Origin: Eledone cirrhosa | Taxonomy: Eukaryota | NCBI GenBank assembly: GCA_964016885.1 | Contig: OZ024745.1 | Coordinates: 28,520,001 to 28,584,000 of the forward strand | Reading direction: 5' to 3' | Length of the DNA: 64,000 nt | Part shown: positions 12,059 through 25,572 of the stretch, piece by piece | How the letters are laid out: each line of letters starts with the position of its first letter | Position numbering within the stretch: the stretch's first letter is position 1 | The notes under the pieces: model-generated | Told to the model about the DNA's origin: nothing | Seen by the model: the letters and a program-made list of their open reading frames with translations, nothing else | The model's database searches: none | Made by a program: the position numbers and the translations under genes

Positions 12059-12562
12059 CTTTTTTATTTGTATGTGCAGAACCTAATATATCTTCATATC
12101 CTAGAGAGGCCATCTACATTCACCCTGGTGGAGGGGAGCGGGTGATATAATCGTTCGTATGGTGCAGTGTCAACACAGTTCACATCTTACCACACTTGTG
12201 CTGCTTGGATGCTATATGTAAATGAACATCCCCAGCAAATGTTCACCCCACAAAATCTATTTTCATCTCAGTTTCGGTTGAGTGAATGTCATTGATGAGA
12301 GATTAACGAATCCTGAAACAGTTGTGGGTCCATTCTCAGCTGCTACTGAGGTATCTGTGATATGTCCAGGTAGCAAAAGAGAGAAAAATATTTTCTTCAC
12401 AAAGAAAAAGTGTTTCTCTTTCATAACGAGGCTCTCCTATGTTTCTTGTTTATAAATATATAGTATATGCTTTCATATACACCCGAATATATAGCAAAAT
12501 TAGTAACAGAACAACTCCGTAGTCATCTGCTATCGAAATGGACATACAGTTTCAACCCCTAG

Positions 12563-12735
12563 CAGGGCCGTCTTAACAGCATTATATCCACCCCACCCCC
12601 CACCCCCCGGCAAAGCAGAGCACTGGGGCCCCTACCTACACAACCACCCACAGGAATAAAATTACAAATGGGCTCCCTATCTTCGTGGGCCCCCCGGGCA
12701 ATTGCCCAGCGTGCCCATGCGTTAAGACGGCCCTG
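12563..12735 (+). mobile_element. hAT-type MITE
   Basis: TIR CAGGGCCGTCTTAAC / GTTAAGACGGCCCTG and 8-bp TSD acccctag/gcccctag (1 mismatch). A second copy lies at 37340-37489. Confidence 0.85.
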
Positions 12736-12922
12736 GCCCCTAGCTATAACACTGTTGCTCCATTCGGGTTGACAGTATCTAAGAAGATAGTGAAACACTA
12801 CCATAGACTATTTCACAAGACAAACTGAAGAGAACTGAGGTGAAATTACACTGAGACGACAACATACGTGTGACTAAATTTATACGATACTTAAATTGAG
12901 CAATATATATATATTTATCTGA

Positions 12923-12961
<39 letters not shown>

Positions 12962-13050
12962 AATGCGTATACCCATACACTCATACTCATATAAGTATAT
13001 ATATATATATATTGTGCAATTTAAATGTCGTATATATATTATGTATATAA

Positions 13051-13144
<94 letters not shown>

Positions 13145-13294
13145 TATATATTTACAGTATATATATATATATACACAGTATATATATACGATATATATAC
13201 ACAGTATATATATATATATATATATATACTATATATATACAGTATATATATATATATATATACACAGTATATATATATATATATATATACACAG

Positions 13295-13358
<64 letters not shown>

Positions 13359-13699
13359 TATGTCTGTATGTGTGCGAGTTATGTGTGTGTATGTGTGAGT
13401 GTTCTGCGTTGCAAACAGTAAATTAAATTCATGCTAAATAAGAATTATGAAAACGTAAGGTGAGGTAGAGAGGGAGGGGAGGTAACTGGGTAAGATGGTT
13501 TGTTGTAAGAAGTAAAGCAGAGGTGATATGATACCGCTTACAGTCGTTAGATGGCAGTGGTGATGCTATTAATAATTATTTTGTTTTCAGATTCTTTAAG
13601 AAGCAAATATTAATTTTAAACTTGACATCAAAGGAAACTGAAATGATTATATTCAATAGTTTAACTCCGTTATACACGCTGCAGTCACGTGTATATAAC

Positions 13700-14785
<1,086 letters not shown>

Positions 14786-15120
14786 TAACAGACCAGACAT
14801 AGTGATATGGGACAGAGAAAAGAAAGCATGCACAGTAGTGGAATTCAGCTGCCCAACAGATGTCAATATAATGCGAAAGATTGGTGAAAAGGAGAACGTT
14901 TATGCTGAACTAATGAGGAATCTGCAGATACTCCACGCTGACTATACCTTTAGATTTGTATCTGAGGTCATTGGAACTCTTGGATATGTTACTAACTGCA
15001 AATCTTGAGAAACAAGGCTTCACAGAATCAGAAAGAGCACGGCTGGCTAGGAAGTTGCAAGTACAGTCCATTAATGGAACTATAAAAATATGTAAAACAT
15101 TTCAGAAATTCAGCATGTAG
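14786..15120 (+). mobile_element. 3' fragment of an R4/Dong-like non-LTR retrotransposon (restriction-like endonuclease) next to (TACA)n
   Basis: NRPDIVIWDREKKACTVVEFSCPTDVNIMRKIGEKENVYAEL...VIGTLGY, then after a frameshift KLQVQSINGTIKICKTF: the PD-(D/E)xK-type motif order. Confidence 0.8.
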
Positions 15121-15314
15121 TAACTGCATACTCTCTCGTACAGATACAGAAACATATGCACGTGTACACATATAACTAAAAACATTCAGATCCACACATG
15201 AAATGACATCCATACCTGCACACACTTTCACAAAAGCACATACAGGCGGCATACATACGTATCTACCTAGTTGGTGTTTCCAATGAATGAATCTTGTTTC
15301 TATGTTAGAAACAG

Positions 15315-15385
<71 letters not shown>

Positions 15386-15789
15386 ATGGAAATTTATAAA
15401 ATAATCAAACCACAAGAACATACATACATAAATACATATATATATATATGAAGTGATGAAATTGATACTTCGATTTTAAATTGGGACCAGTGTGAAAAGG
15501 GGGCGTAACCAGAAAATTATGTTAATAGGTAGTTGAAGATAAGCGACTTTTGTATAGTCTTAAGAACATGGTTTTGTGTGTGAAATAGTGTAGTTAATAT
15601 CATGTGATATGGCATAAGTATGAGTGTGTGTATGTGTTTAATTGTTCGTGAGTAAGTCAGGTCAATTGTTAATGTAAAAGTGTGAGAAAAAAGAAAAGGA
15701 AAGGTATCATGCAATGGAGAGTGATAGTATGAGGAAATTATGGTAAATGTAATACTTCAGTGAAGACTGGATATCTGCACCGTGGGTTT

Positions 15790-16244
15790 CCACTGTTGTA
15801 AACAACCCTTAAAGGCCTCGTTCTTTGAGTTCAGATATTTGTTTGATGACCTTTAAGTCTGTAGAATCCTGAATTTCTCACAGATGCAGAGAGCACATCT
15901 CTTTGGCTCGTTAATATATAGTTTTAAAATACTCCATTTTTATTGTGTGGAGTATACCTTTGTCATTTAATTGTCATAGTCATTTTGGAAAGACTAATGT
16001 TCTCCACCACAAAGTGACCAAAGGACGAGACATGCGAGTAGAAACGTTGTTTAAGTAGGTCTTGCACCATAACCAGATATCTTTGCCTGTTCTCTGCGTT
16101 GTTGGTAATAAAAAAGGAAACTTCATCCTCATATACAACAGACTTAATGTTACAGTACTGTTGCAGATGGCAGTGTTGCTTTATTCTGCAAGTACATCCT
16201 TGATTTTCTCTGCGTTTATTTCTAGCAGTTATTATCGACCTCAT
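15790..16244 (-). mobile_element. Degenerate Penelope-like GIY-YIG endonuclease remnant
   Basis: GCTCRIKQHC..C..KSVVY...LKQRFYSHVSSF, then KWSIL...RCALCICEKFRIL...YLNSKNE. Motif order is the same as in 20272-20916, with stops and frameshifts. Confidence 0.75.
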
Positions 16245-16269
16245 GGAGATAAGCTATTCCTGCAGCCCC

Positions 16270-16505
16270 GTATTTCTGGTCGACTCTGAGAGCAGGATTT
16301 GCATATTTCGCTTCTGTTATTTAGGCAGGCGTTAGGATTTAATGAGTTCTTCAAATCAGCTATCTTTCTGCGTAACAGAATCCACAGTTCCGTTGATATG
16401 CGGCTTACATCTTTTTTCTATCTTCCACTTCATGTTGAAGTATACGGAGCTTTCTGTTACCAGATGTAATTGGAGAGTTTCTTTGTGTTTCTTTTACCTC
16501 GGTTA
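16270..16505 (-). mobile_element. Second degenerate Penelope-like endonuclease C-terminal fragment
   Basis: Across frames on the minus strand: SNYIW, MKWKIEKRCKP, CGFCYAER, LNNRSEI. Confidence 0.6.
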
Positions 16506-16529
16506 CGGAACAACACTGTATAGTTATCA

Positions 16530-17660
16530 TACCGTCATCATCACCACCTCCCCCACCAATAACGCCTCCCCTCATCAACGCCATCAGCGACACAACCACC
16601 GGCACTTCCACCAAAACCACAACCACCACCATCACTACGACTAGATTTATACCCGACCACCACCACCTAAAAACCACATCCACCAAAAACCACAGCAACA
16701 ACACCATCACCAACACCTCCAGCAACATCCGTACCACTACCGTCAACACCACTACCACGTCCGTATCCAACACTACTACAATCACTAACAACAACAACAA
16801 TAACACCATCACAGTCACCACCATCGCATCATCACCTCCAATACCACTACCTTCAATACCACCACCACCACCACCACCACCACCACCACCACCACCACCA
16901 CCACCACCAGACCAGCACCACCTCCACCACCACCAACACCACCTCCACCACCACCACCACCTTCAATACCACCACCACCAAGACCACCACCACCACCACC
17001 ACCATCACACCACCACCACCTCCACCACCACCACCACCACCACCACCACCTTCAATACCACCACCACCACCACCACCACCACCACAACCACCACCACCAC
17101 CACCACCTCCACCACCACCACCACCTCCACCACCTTCAATACCACCACCAGACCCCCCACCACCAACAGACCACCACCACCACCACCACCACCAGACCAC
17201 CACAACCACCACCAGACCACCAAAACCACCGCCGCCACCACCAAAACCACCACCACCATCACCACCACCACCAGACCACCACCACCACCACCAGACCACC
17301 ACAACCACCACCACCACCACCACCACCAGACCACCAAAACCACCACCACTACCACCACCACCACTACCACCACCACCACTACCACCACCACCACCACCAC
17401 CACCACCACCACCACCACCAGACCACCAAAACCCCCACCACTACCCCCACCACCACCACCACCACCACCACCAGACCACCACCACCACCACCACCACCAC
17501 CAGACCACCAAAACTACCACCACCACCACCACCACCAGACCACCAAAACTACCACCACCACCACCACCACCACCAGACCACCAAAACTACCACCACCACC
17601 ACCACCAGACCACCACCACCACCACCAGACCACCACCACCACCACCACTACCACCAGACC
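16530..17660. repeat. (ACC)n microsatellite / low-complexity tract
   Basis: Directly visible. Confidence 0.95.
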
Positions 17661-17697
17661 AGTTGCCAGTGTTATTGCTGTTGGAGAATGTTTCTGT

Positions 17698-18137
17698 ATA
17701 CATACATACATACATACATACATACATACATACATACATGCATACATACATACATACATGCATACATACATACATGCATACATACATACATACATACATA
17801 CATACATACATACATACATACATGCATGCATACATACATACATACATACATACATACATACATACATACATACATACATACATACATACATACATAAATG
17901 CACACATGCATACTTACATACATACATACATACATACATACATGCATACATACATGCATAAATGCACACATGCATACATACATACATACATACATGCATA
18001 CATACATACATACATACATACATACATACATACATACATACATGCATAAATGCACACATGCATACTTACATACATACATATATACATACATACATACATA
18101 CATACACGCATACATACATACATACATACATACATAC

Positions 18138-18168
<31 letters not shown>

Positions 18169-18213
18169 CATACATACATACATACATGCATGCATAAATG
18201 CACACATGCATAC

Positions 18214-18244
<31 letters not shown>

Positions 18245-19180
18245 CATACATACATACATACATACATACATGCATAAATGCACACATGCATACTTACATA
18301 CATACATACATACATACATACATGCATACATACATACATACATACATACATACATACTTACATACATACTTACATACATACATACATGCATACTTACATA
18401 CATACATACATACATACTAGCATACATACATACATACATACATACATACATGCATACATACATGCATAAATGCACACATACATACTTACCTACATACATA
18501 CATGCATACATACATACATACATACATACATACATACATACATACATACATACATACATACATACATACATACATACATGGTGGTGGCTGCCAACTCGTT
18601 TTCGAGTACGGCCACTACTTTATATCCATGTAGGAGAACCCCTACCGATGCGCTGAACGAGTGTGACTTTTCAGTGCGGCCAGCGACTTGAAAACTTTGG
18701 TACAAACACTACACTTGTGACAATTATTGACACATAGTGCTGGCCCCATGGTACCATGTGACGACAAGTGCAGAGAGATCTCCAGATATAAAGCAATGCC
18801 TGTGCCGTGAAGCTTTTATAGTGAGCAAAGGCACTGCACAAAGCCATTCCCACTCTCTTAACCAAGATGATATTTACCAAAAAGAAGAACAAGTCAACAT
18901 CATTGGATATCATCAGGGTTGCAGGTGTTATATCAGAGTTTTCCTTCTCCTAGAATTCTGCCTTGACATACATACATACATACATACATACATACATACA
19001 TACATACATACATAAATGCATACATACATGCATACTTACATATATACATGCATACATACATACATACATACATACATACATACATACATACATGTATACA
19101 TACATACATACATACATACATACATACATACATACATACATACATACATACATACATACATACATACATACATGTATGCA
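17698..19180. repeat. (TACA)n microsatellite interrupted by a unique insert at about 18579-18965
   Basis: Directly visible, with a recurring taaatgcacacatgcatactta interruption. Confidence 0.95.
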
Positions 19181-19183
19181 TAT

Positions 19184-19273
<90 letters not shown>

Positions 19274-20271
19274 TTATTAAAATAACAGATTAAAGTTTAA
19301 GCAAAGAATCGCTGCTTTCACCCTTAACGGGATCTTCTGAAACTAACAAAGTCAATCTGTAAACGCAGAACTGGATATTTCAAAAAACGTTGCAACCGGA
19401 GGAAGACAGGAAGACGATACTTTGGTTCGTGGTAACGTTCGCTGGCAAAGAACGGGAAAAAACGAATAATACGTCATTAATAGGAGCGGTGAAAAACAAT
19501 TACGCGCAAAGACAAAACCACGTTTATGGTATAAAAGAGGTCGTAGACTAATGTTCTCTTAGGTGGTGCATAGAGACGTTCTCTGGCAATGAACGAAAAA
19601 ACGAAGATAATAAGTCATATGTGGAGCGTGGAGAACAATAGCACGCAAAGACAAAACCACGTAAATGGTATAGCAGAAATCGTAGACTAAAATTCTAACT
19701 AGGAGACCAAATGAATCTCCGCTACAGAGTTAAGAACAAAGTAAATAAATACAATACAGAAGTAATAGAAACAAATAAATACATACACGCAAACAGATAC
19801 GTACATACACAAGCATACGCAAAACCTTACCATGGGTATACAAAACCACGCACATATAAATATGTGTGTGTGTGTATGCTTGTGTACAAATAAATAAATA
19901 ATTATATAAATGTATATAAGTAAATAAATACGTATATAACAAGCGCACACGCATACCTACATATAAATACACGAATGTTCGGAGACGTAAGTCAACTAAA
20001 ACAAGAAGTGCACATATACACACACCCACCATACGTACGAACCTGCACACTCTCGCGGACGCAAAACTCCCGTATACACATAGCCAAACCCTAAATACCA
20101 GAATATGTAAAAATTATACGCTATAACAGTCAAATATACGTACGAGAAGGTATACATACCTTCACAAAACATACGGGTAATATATACTTACCTATACAAA
20201 TAAGTAAAGGAATAAACAAACATATACTTAGCTCCCACATCAAGACGTAAAATATCCACGTATAGATCGTG

Positions 20272-20916
20272 CTATCCGTTAGGGTATAACGTGGGGCTGT
20301 AATACAAGAAAGTTTTGTGCAATTTATGTTTACAAGCCGAAATTGCCTCCGATTTTTTGTTTAAGATGTGGTCTGTAGCGTAGAGTATTTCCAGGGCCTC
20401 AGCGGCGCAGAGGTCACATGGTCTTTTATTTCCGTTATACGATCTAGCCCTAGCTAGGATCTCCCAGTGTAACTTATATTGGGTGTGGTTGTCTTTTAGA
20501 CTCCAGATATAAGCTGAAAGTGACGTCATATTCCTTCTTAGAGGGTAACGAAAAGAATGGGTATGCATGTAAAGACGCTGCTTGAAACTATTGGCGGTTA
20601 ACCCTATGTAGGCCCTACGGGACGTGGGTGTTACAACCTTACATTTGTAGACAATGTTACTAGAGAGGCATTTCCCGGATAGGGGGCAATCAGCCCGATT
20701 CCTACAATTACAGTTAGTACTAACTACAGGGTTGCACGTGTTCCTACGGCTAGGTAGTTTAGCTAAATTTGAAGCTGTGATGTTATGTGCAAGGTTAGGA
20801 GTCGTAGAGTAAGAAATTTTAATAGTATTTCTATTAAAAATTTTACTATATTTATGTGTAGGGGGAAAATGCTTCGTAATAAGGGAAAGAAAGATCTTAG
20901 CTAATGGTGTGGCCAT
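20272..20916 (-). pseudogene. C-terminal part of a Penelope-like ORF: linker CxCx5C plus GIY-YIG endonuclease (Naiad-like); RT missing
   Basis: NRNTIKISYS...CNCRNRADCPLSGKC..NIVY...YIGLTANSFKQRLYMHTHSF...TSLSAYIWSLK...WEIL...CDLCAAE...LNKKSE. The ATG coincides with the inversion junction, so it is not a native start. Confidence 0.85.
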
Positions 20917-21160
20917 GGTTTTGTCTTTGCGCGTAATTGTTTTTCACCGCTCCTATTAATGACGTATTATTCGTTTTTTCCCGTTCTTTGCCAGCGAACG
21001 TTACCACGAACCAAAGTATCGTCTTCCTGTCTTCCTCCGGTTGAAACGTTTTTTGAAATATCCAGTTCTGCGTTTACAGATTGACTTTGTTAGTTTCAGA
21101 AGATCCCGTTAAGGGTGAAAGCAGCGATTATTTGCTTAAACTTTAATCTGTTATTTTAAT

Positions 21161-21310
21161 AAATATTTGCTCTACGGTTCTTATATATTTGATATATATT
21201 TTCCTTATCGAGCCCTCTTTGGATAATAATAAAATTGAAGACTAAAATCCAAAGAGGGCTCGATAAGGAAAATATATATCAAATATATAAGAACCGTAGA
21301 GCAAATATTT
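21161..21310. repeat. Perfect fold-back hairpin (64-bp arms, 22-bp spacer)
   Basis: 21161-21224 is the reverse complement of 21247-21310. Confidence 0.92.
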
Positions 21311-21328
21311 AATCTGTTATTTTAATAA

Positions 21329-21470
<142 letters not shown>

Positions 21471-21790
21471 GTGTGTGTATCGTCGTCGAGTATCCATTGA
21501 CACGTGTACGCTTAGCGTAATTCTGTATTCCAGCTACAGTCAATTCGATGGACTTCCATGCAGTCTACCCAATTTCAATTTTTTTAAATCTTGGTTTGAC
21601 CCGGAACTATAGGGAAACACTCAAGATGCCACACTGTAGGATGGAACCTGGGAACGCGTGATTACAATTCGGACTTCTTAACCACATAACCATGCCTTTG
21701 TATAACCAACATGGCGCAGGTGGACGCGGTTGAAAGCAAGAATTATGACGTCACCAAGTTTATATATATGTATGTTTATATATATGTATG

Positions 21791-21823
<33 letters not shown>

Positions 21824-21859
21824 ACTTGACGACGACAGCGATACACACAAACATACACA

Positions 21860-22058
21860 AGTAAAAGTAATATACTGGGTAATTGCTGGCCCAAAAGTAG
21901 AAACAATTATTATTATTATTATTCTGAGTTCAAATCCCGCCGAGGTTAACTTTGCTTTCATGCTTACGGGGTCGATAAAATAAAGTACCAGTAATGTACT
22001 GGGTAATTGCTGGCCTTGTACCTAAAGTAGAAACAATTATTATTATTATTATTATTAT
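21860..22058 (+). mobile_element. SINE core and tail, preceded by a partial tail copy, with (ATT)n ends
   Basis: ctgagttcaaatcccgccgaggttaactttgctttcatgcttacggggtcgataaaataaagtaccagt...gtagaaacaattattatt. Confidence 0.75.
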
Positions 22059-22674
22059 ATGTATAGATAGATATTATTCCTGTCTGAATAAAGATATGTT
22101 GGCGTTTGTAACTGCCTTTTCTAGCCTAGACAAATGTATATTGTGTAAACGTTATCGCTATCTCCAGAAATAAATCTAACGTGAAAATCTCCAATTTCAA
22201 ATTCTGGACATAAAGTCTACAGAGAGATTACATCTGCCTACTCTGAAACTGTCAGTGATACAAGCCAAAAACACTTCACATCATGAAAATATGAAAGTGA
22301 AAGTCTAAGCATCTTGATTATAGATATATTATTTCAATTTGATAGTAAATATTTAACTGCCGCAAGGTCTTGAAAGATGACGAGAGAACATGAAATACGT
22401 GTTGACAAAGAAGAGGTGCACGAGTGGATATAGTCATCGATAAAGTCACAGGTTGTGACGAAAGGACTTTGACAAAACAATTAATTAACTGATAGTAACA
22501 TAATTATATATTATGATTGGTGCTCTGAAATAGCGATGTATACATGGATGTATGCATAGTATATTTGGTAATATACTGTATGTTTAATTAAAAACATTTT
22601 GAAGACCTTGCGCTATTACTTTAAAGTAGTGACTATGTCACTTACTTCTTTTTTCAGCAAAGGACGGGAGAGAA

Positions 22675-22714
22675 GCTGACAGATCTGTTTCACACTGTTG
22701 GTGTTCATCAGAGC
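22675..22714 (-). ncRNA. Canonical minimal type I hammerhead ribozyme
   Basis: Minus strand: GCT-CTGATGA-ACAC-CAACA-GTGT-GAAAC-AGATCT-GTC-AGC. Intact core, 4-bp stem II, palindromic stem III (ACAGATCTGT), GUC cleavage triplet, stem I GCU/AGC. Confidence 0.85.
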
Positions 22715-23365
22715 CTAGCACTCGCCGACCTTCGCCGAAAATTATAGAGGCTGGATTCTTATAGAATTCCAGTAATAATCAGGAACTGATTATACAGAGC
22801 AATTGCCGGTCCAGCAAAAATTAAAAATTAGGATTGGCGCTCTGAAATAGCGATGTATACATGAATGTATGTATAGTATATTTGGTAATATACTATACAT
22901 ACATTCAATTAGATATTAATTAATTGAATGGACTTCCGTCGGTTCCAGTGACCAGTGTTCCAGTTGTTCAATCAACGGAACACTGTGGTCATGAAATCAA
23001 CGTGCAAGTGACTCAGTATTCCACAGACATGTGCACATATAACATATTATAAACGGTTTTGTTCCAAAACTTATAAGGAAACATGAAAAGATTTATTGAA
23101 ATAGATACAACGTAGTCATTTTTTAAATACATGTCTACAAAACAGATGTTCTTGTGACTGTGTGAGTACGTATGTAATGTATGTAAGTATGTATGTATTC
23201 ATATATATATAAATATATATATATGAGTGTGTGTGTGTGTATGTTTTTATGAACGTATGTATGTATGCATGTATGTATATATGTAAGTAAATATGCATAT
23301 GCATTTGTATGTATATGTGTATGTATGCATGCACGTGTGTACGAATTTATGCATGTGAGTATGTG

Positions 23366-23433
<68 letters not shown>

Positions 23434-23839
23434 TGTGTGTATGTGTATGTATGTGTGTGTGTGTGTGTGTGCTTAGGTGAAGGTGTAGGGTCTTATAAAT
23501 GCGTGCGGAGATCGTGAAATTCGTATGTCACGCTATGTAAGCAGCGCCATCTGTCGAGCTTGTTTTAAAGTTGTAGTTTACGTAGCGTCTGGAGTTACCC
23601 TCCCTAACTAGTGTACATATTGTGTGGTAGTCGGGAGTAGTAATGGCGATGGGGATGGGTTCAACCAAGGCGGGCAACAACAATAATGACAATAACCACA
23701 ACCACAGTATCAATAATAACAACGACGATAACAGCAATAACCACAACAACCACAGCTACGACAATCACAACGAAAAGCTGTGAGAAATAGCAGCCAAATG
23801 TCCCATAAATCACCCCCTTCTGGAGTCCATAAGGGACGA

Positions 23840-23975
23840 ATTGGCAGAGTCGTTAGAACGTCGGTTAGAATGCTTTAAGGATATTTGTTCTGGCTCTCTG
23901 CTCTTTGAGTTCAAATCCCACCGAGGTCAACTTTGCTTTTCATCCTTTCGAGGTCGATAAAAAAGTACCAGTCTA
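23840..23975 (+). mobile_element. tRNA-derived SINE copy
   Basis: ttggcagagtcgttagaacgtcgg...gagttcaaatcccaccgaggtcaactttgcttttcatcctttcgaggtcgataaaaaagtaccagt. Confidence 0.75.
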
Positions 23976-24406
23976 GTAATTCTTCCTCTATATCTCTTTC
24001 TCACGTCCTCTCTCTCACGTCCTCTCTCTCACTTTCTATCTTTCTTTGGAAGAAATCTGCTGTACTCGGGCCTGGAGAGGGATGGGCTCCGCCAGGCTTA
24101 ACATGCCAAGAAACGCCGTATGTCAATGTGGCGCCCCTACGACTTTATTAGGAGTTACGAGACCATACACATACTTAGTGTAGTCCAGGGTTATAACTGA
24201 GAAAAATATTAAAAGATGGGATGTTCGTGCTTGGTGTGTATTTGATCTTACTTCTTGTTTAGCCTGGTCTCGCTTGCGGCTCAGAAACAACAACAACAAT
24301 AACGATGAAGCTTCTATGTGGTATTTCAACTTGTTAGAAATAGCAGCTAAATATGCCTCAAATTACTGCCTATTAGATTGTCACATTAGACAATATAGAG
24401 AGAGAG

Positions 24407-24503
<97 letters not shown>

Positions 24504-24559
24504 CAGAAAGGGGGAGAAGACGTCGCCCCCATCTAGTAATCATAATAAAAAAAACACCA

Positions 24560-24768
24560 ACGGCATAGATTTCTCCTGTCACGGAAGACCTGTGAAGGCC
24601 TTCTTCTACATCCACTTCCACTGCAGGACTCACCTACAAGTGTCCCACGTGTAAGTGTGGTTCCCGGGCTTGGGTTGGCCTCACCAGTCACCTCCCGACT
24701 CACAGCCAAAGATCCACCACCCAACATTACAATCGCGGTCGTCTCCGACTCACGACAAACAACTTAAT
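24560..24768 (+). mobile_element. 3' end fragment of an RTE-clade LINE
   Basis: Frame reads TYKCPTCKCGSRAWVGLTSHLPTH, like the terminal C2H2 motif (CxxC...GLxSHxRxH) of RTE ORFs, followed by a short 3' UTR. Confidence 0.55.
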
Positions 24769-24924
24769 CTGCGTCTATATGACCTGTGTACAGTCTTTCC
24801 ATTGCGGGTGTTAGCTGGCTGCAAATCCTAGCAGAATGAAACAGGATTTGAACTTAGAACACACGGGGCCAGAATAGACACCTGTCTGACTCTTTAACAA
24901 CTCAAGCAGTCCGTCACCCCAGGA

Positions 24925-25052
24925 CTGGTAGGTACTGTATCATAATCGACCCCGAAAACATGAAAGGAAAAGTTGCCTTCGGTGGGATTTGAACTCAGAG
25001 CGCAGAGAGCTGGAATAAATCCGAGACATTTGATCCGACGCTTTAACGACTC
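24925..25052 (-). mobile_element. tRNA-derived SINE copy
   Basis: Reverse complement: gtcgttaaagcgtcgga...ctgagttcaaatcccaccgaaggcaacttttcctttcatgttttcggggtcgatta. Confidence 0.72.
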
Positions 25053-25572
25053 CACCTACTAAGAGTTTTCTACTAGAAATGACAGCCAAATATCCCGAAA
25101 ATCACAGCCTACCGTGTTAAACAAAGAAGAATGATCAAAGTACTTTCTTATTCATAAAAAAAGACGGTATGATCATTGGTGGAACACCTTTGATCATTTG
25201 TAAGCTTGATCAAAGCTTGCCTGGTGTTAAGTTGAACATCTCTACCGCCACCACCACTTCGTATGTCCATAACCATCCGAAGCAAAGAGGGAGCCTCTAC
25301 GTGGTCACTAGACCTGGTAGAAATGGCGGTCAAATCTCCTTCTAATAACACCTTATTCGATAATCTGTACTTATCAAATGACGGGAAAGTCACGGCTGGA
25401 ATGCATTTTATTTATAACTCTGTTGGATCGAGGTTGACCTGAAGTTAAATATGAACTACTACTACTACTACTACTACTAATACTACTACTGTTGCTACTA
25501 CTATTATACTACTACTACTACCACTACGTCAGTCTCCTTGTCACACACTATCTATCTATCTATATGTGTGTA

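Noticed and set aside
11694-12113. 139-aa repeat ORF (YFTSRVTLPPELLY)
   Set aside because: Read-through of a 17-bp unit (not a multiple of 3) on the stop-free strand.
12100-12420. Possible host exon in unique sequence (also 7690-7900 and 40170-40400)
   Set aside because: No recognisable protein similarity or convincing splice pair by eye. It cannot be excluded without RNA-seq.
25538-25572. N-terminus of the 352-aa ORF as a real gene start
   Set aside because: It derives from flanking microsatellite/TSD sequence; LINE homology begins at about 25573.
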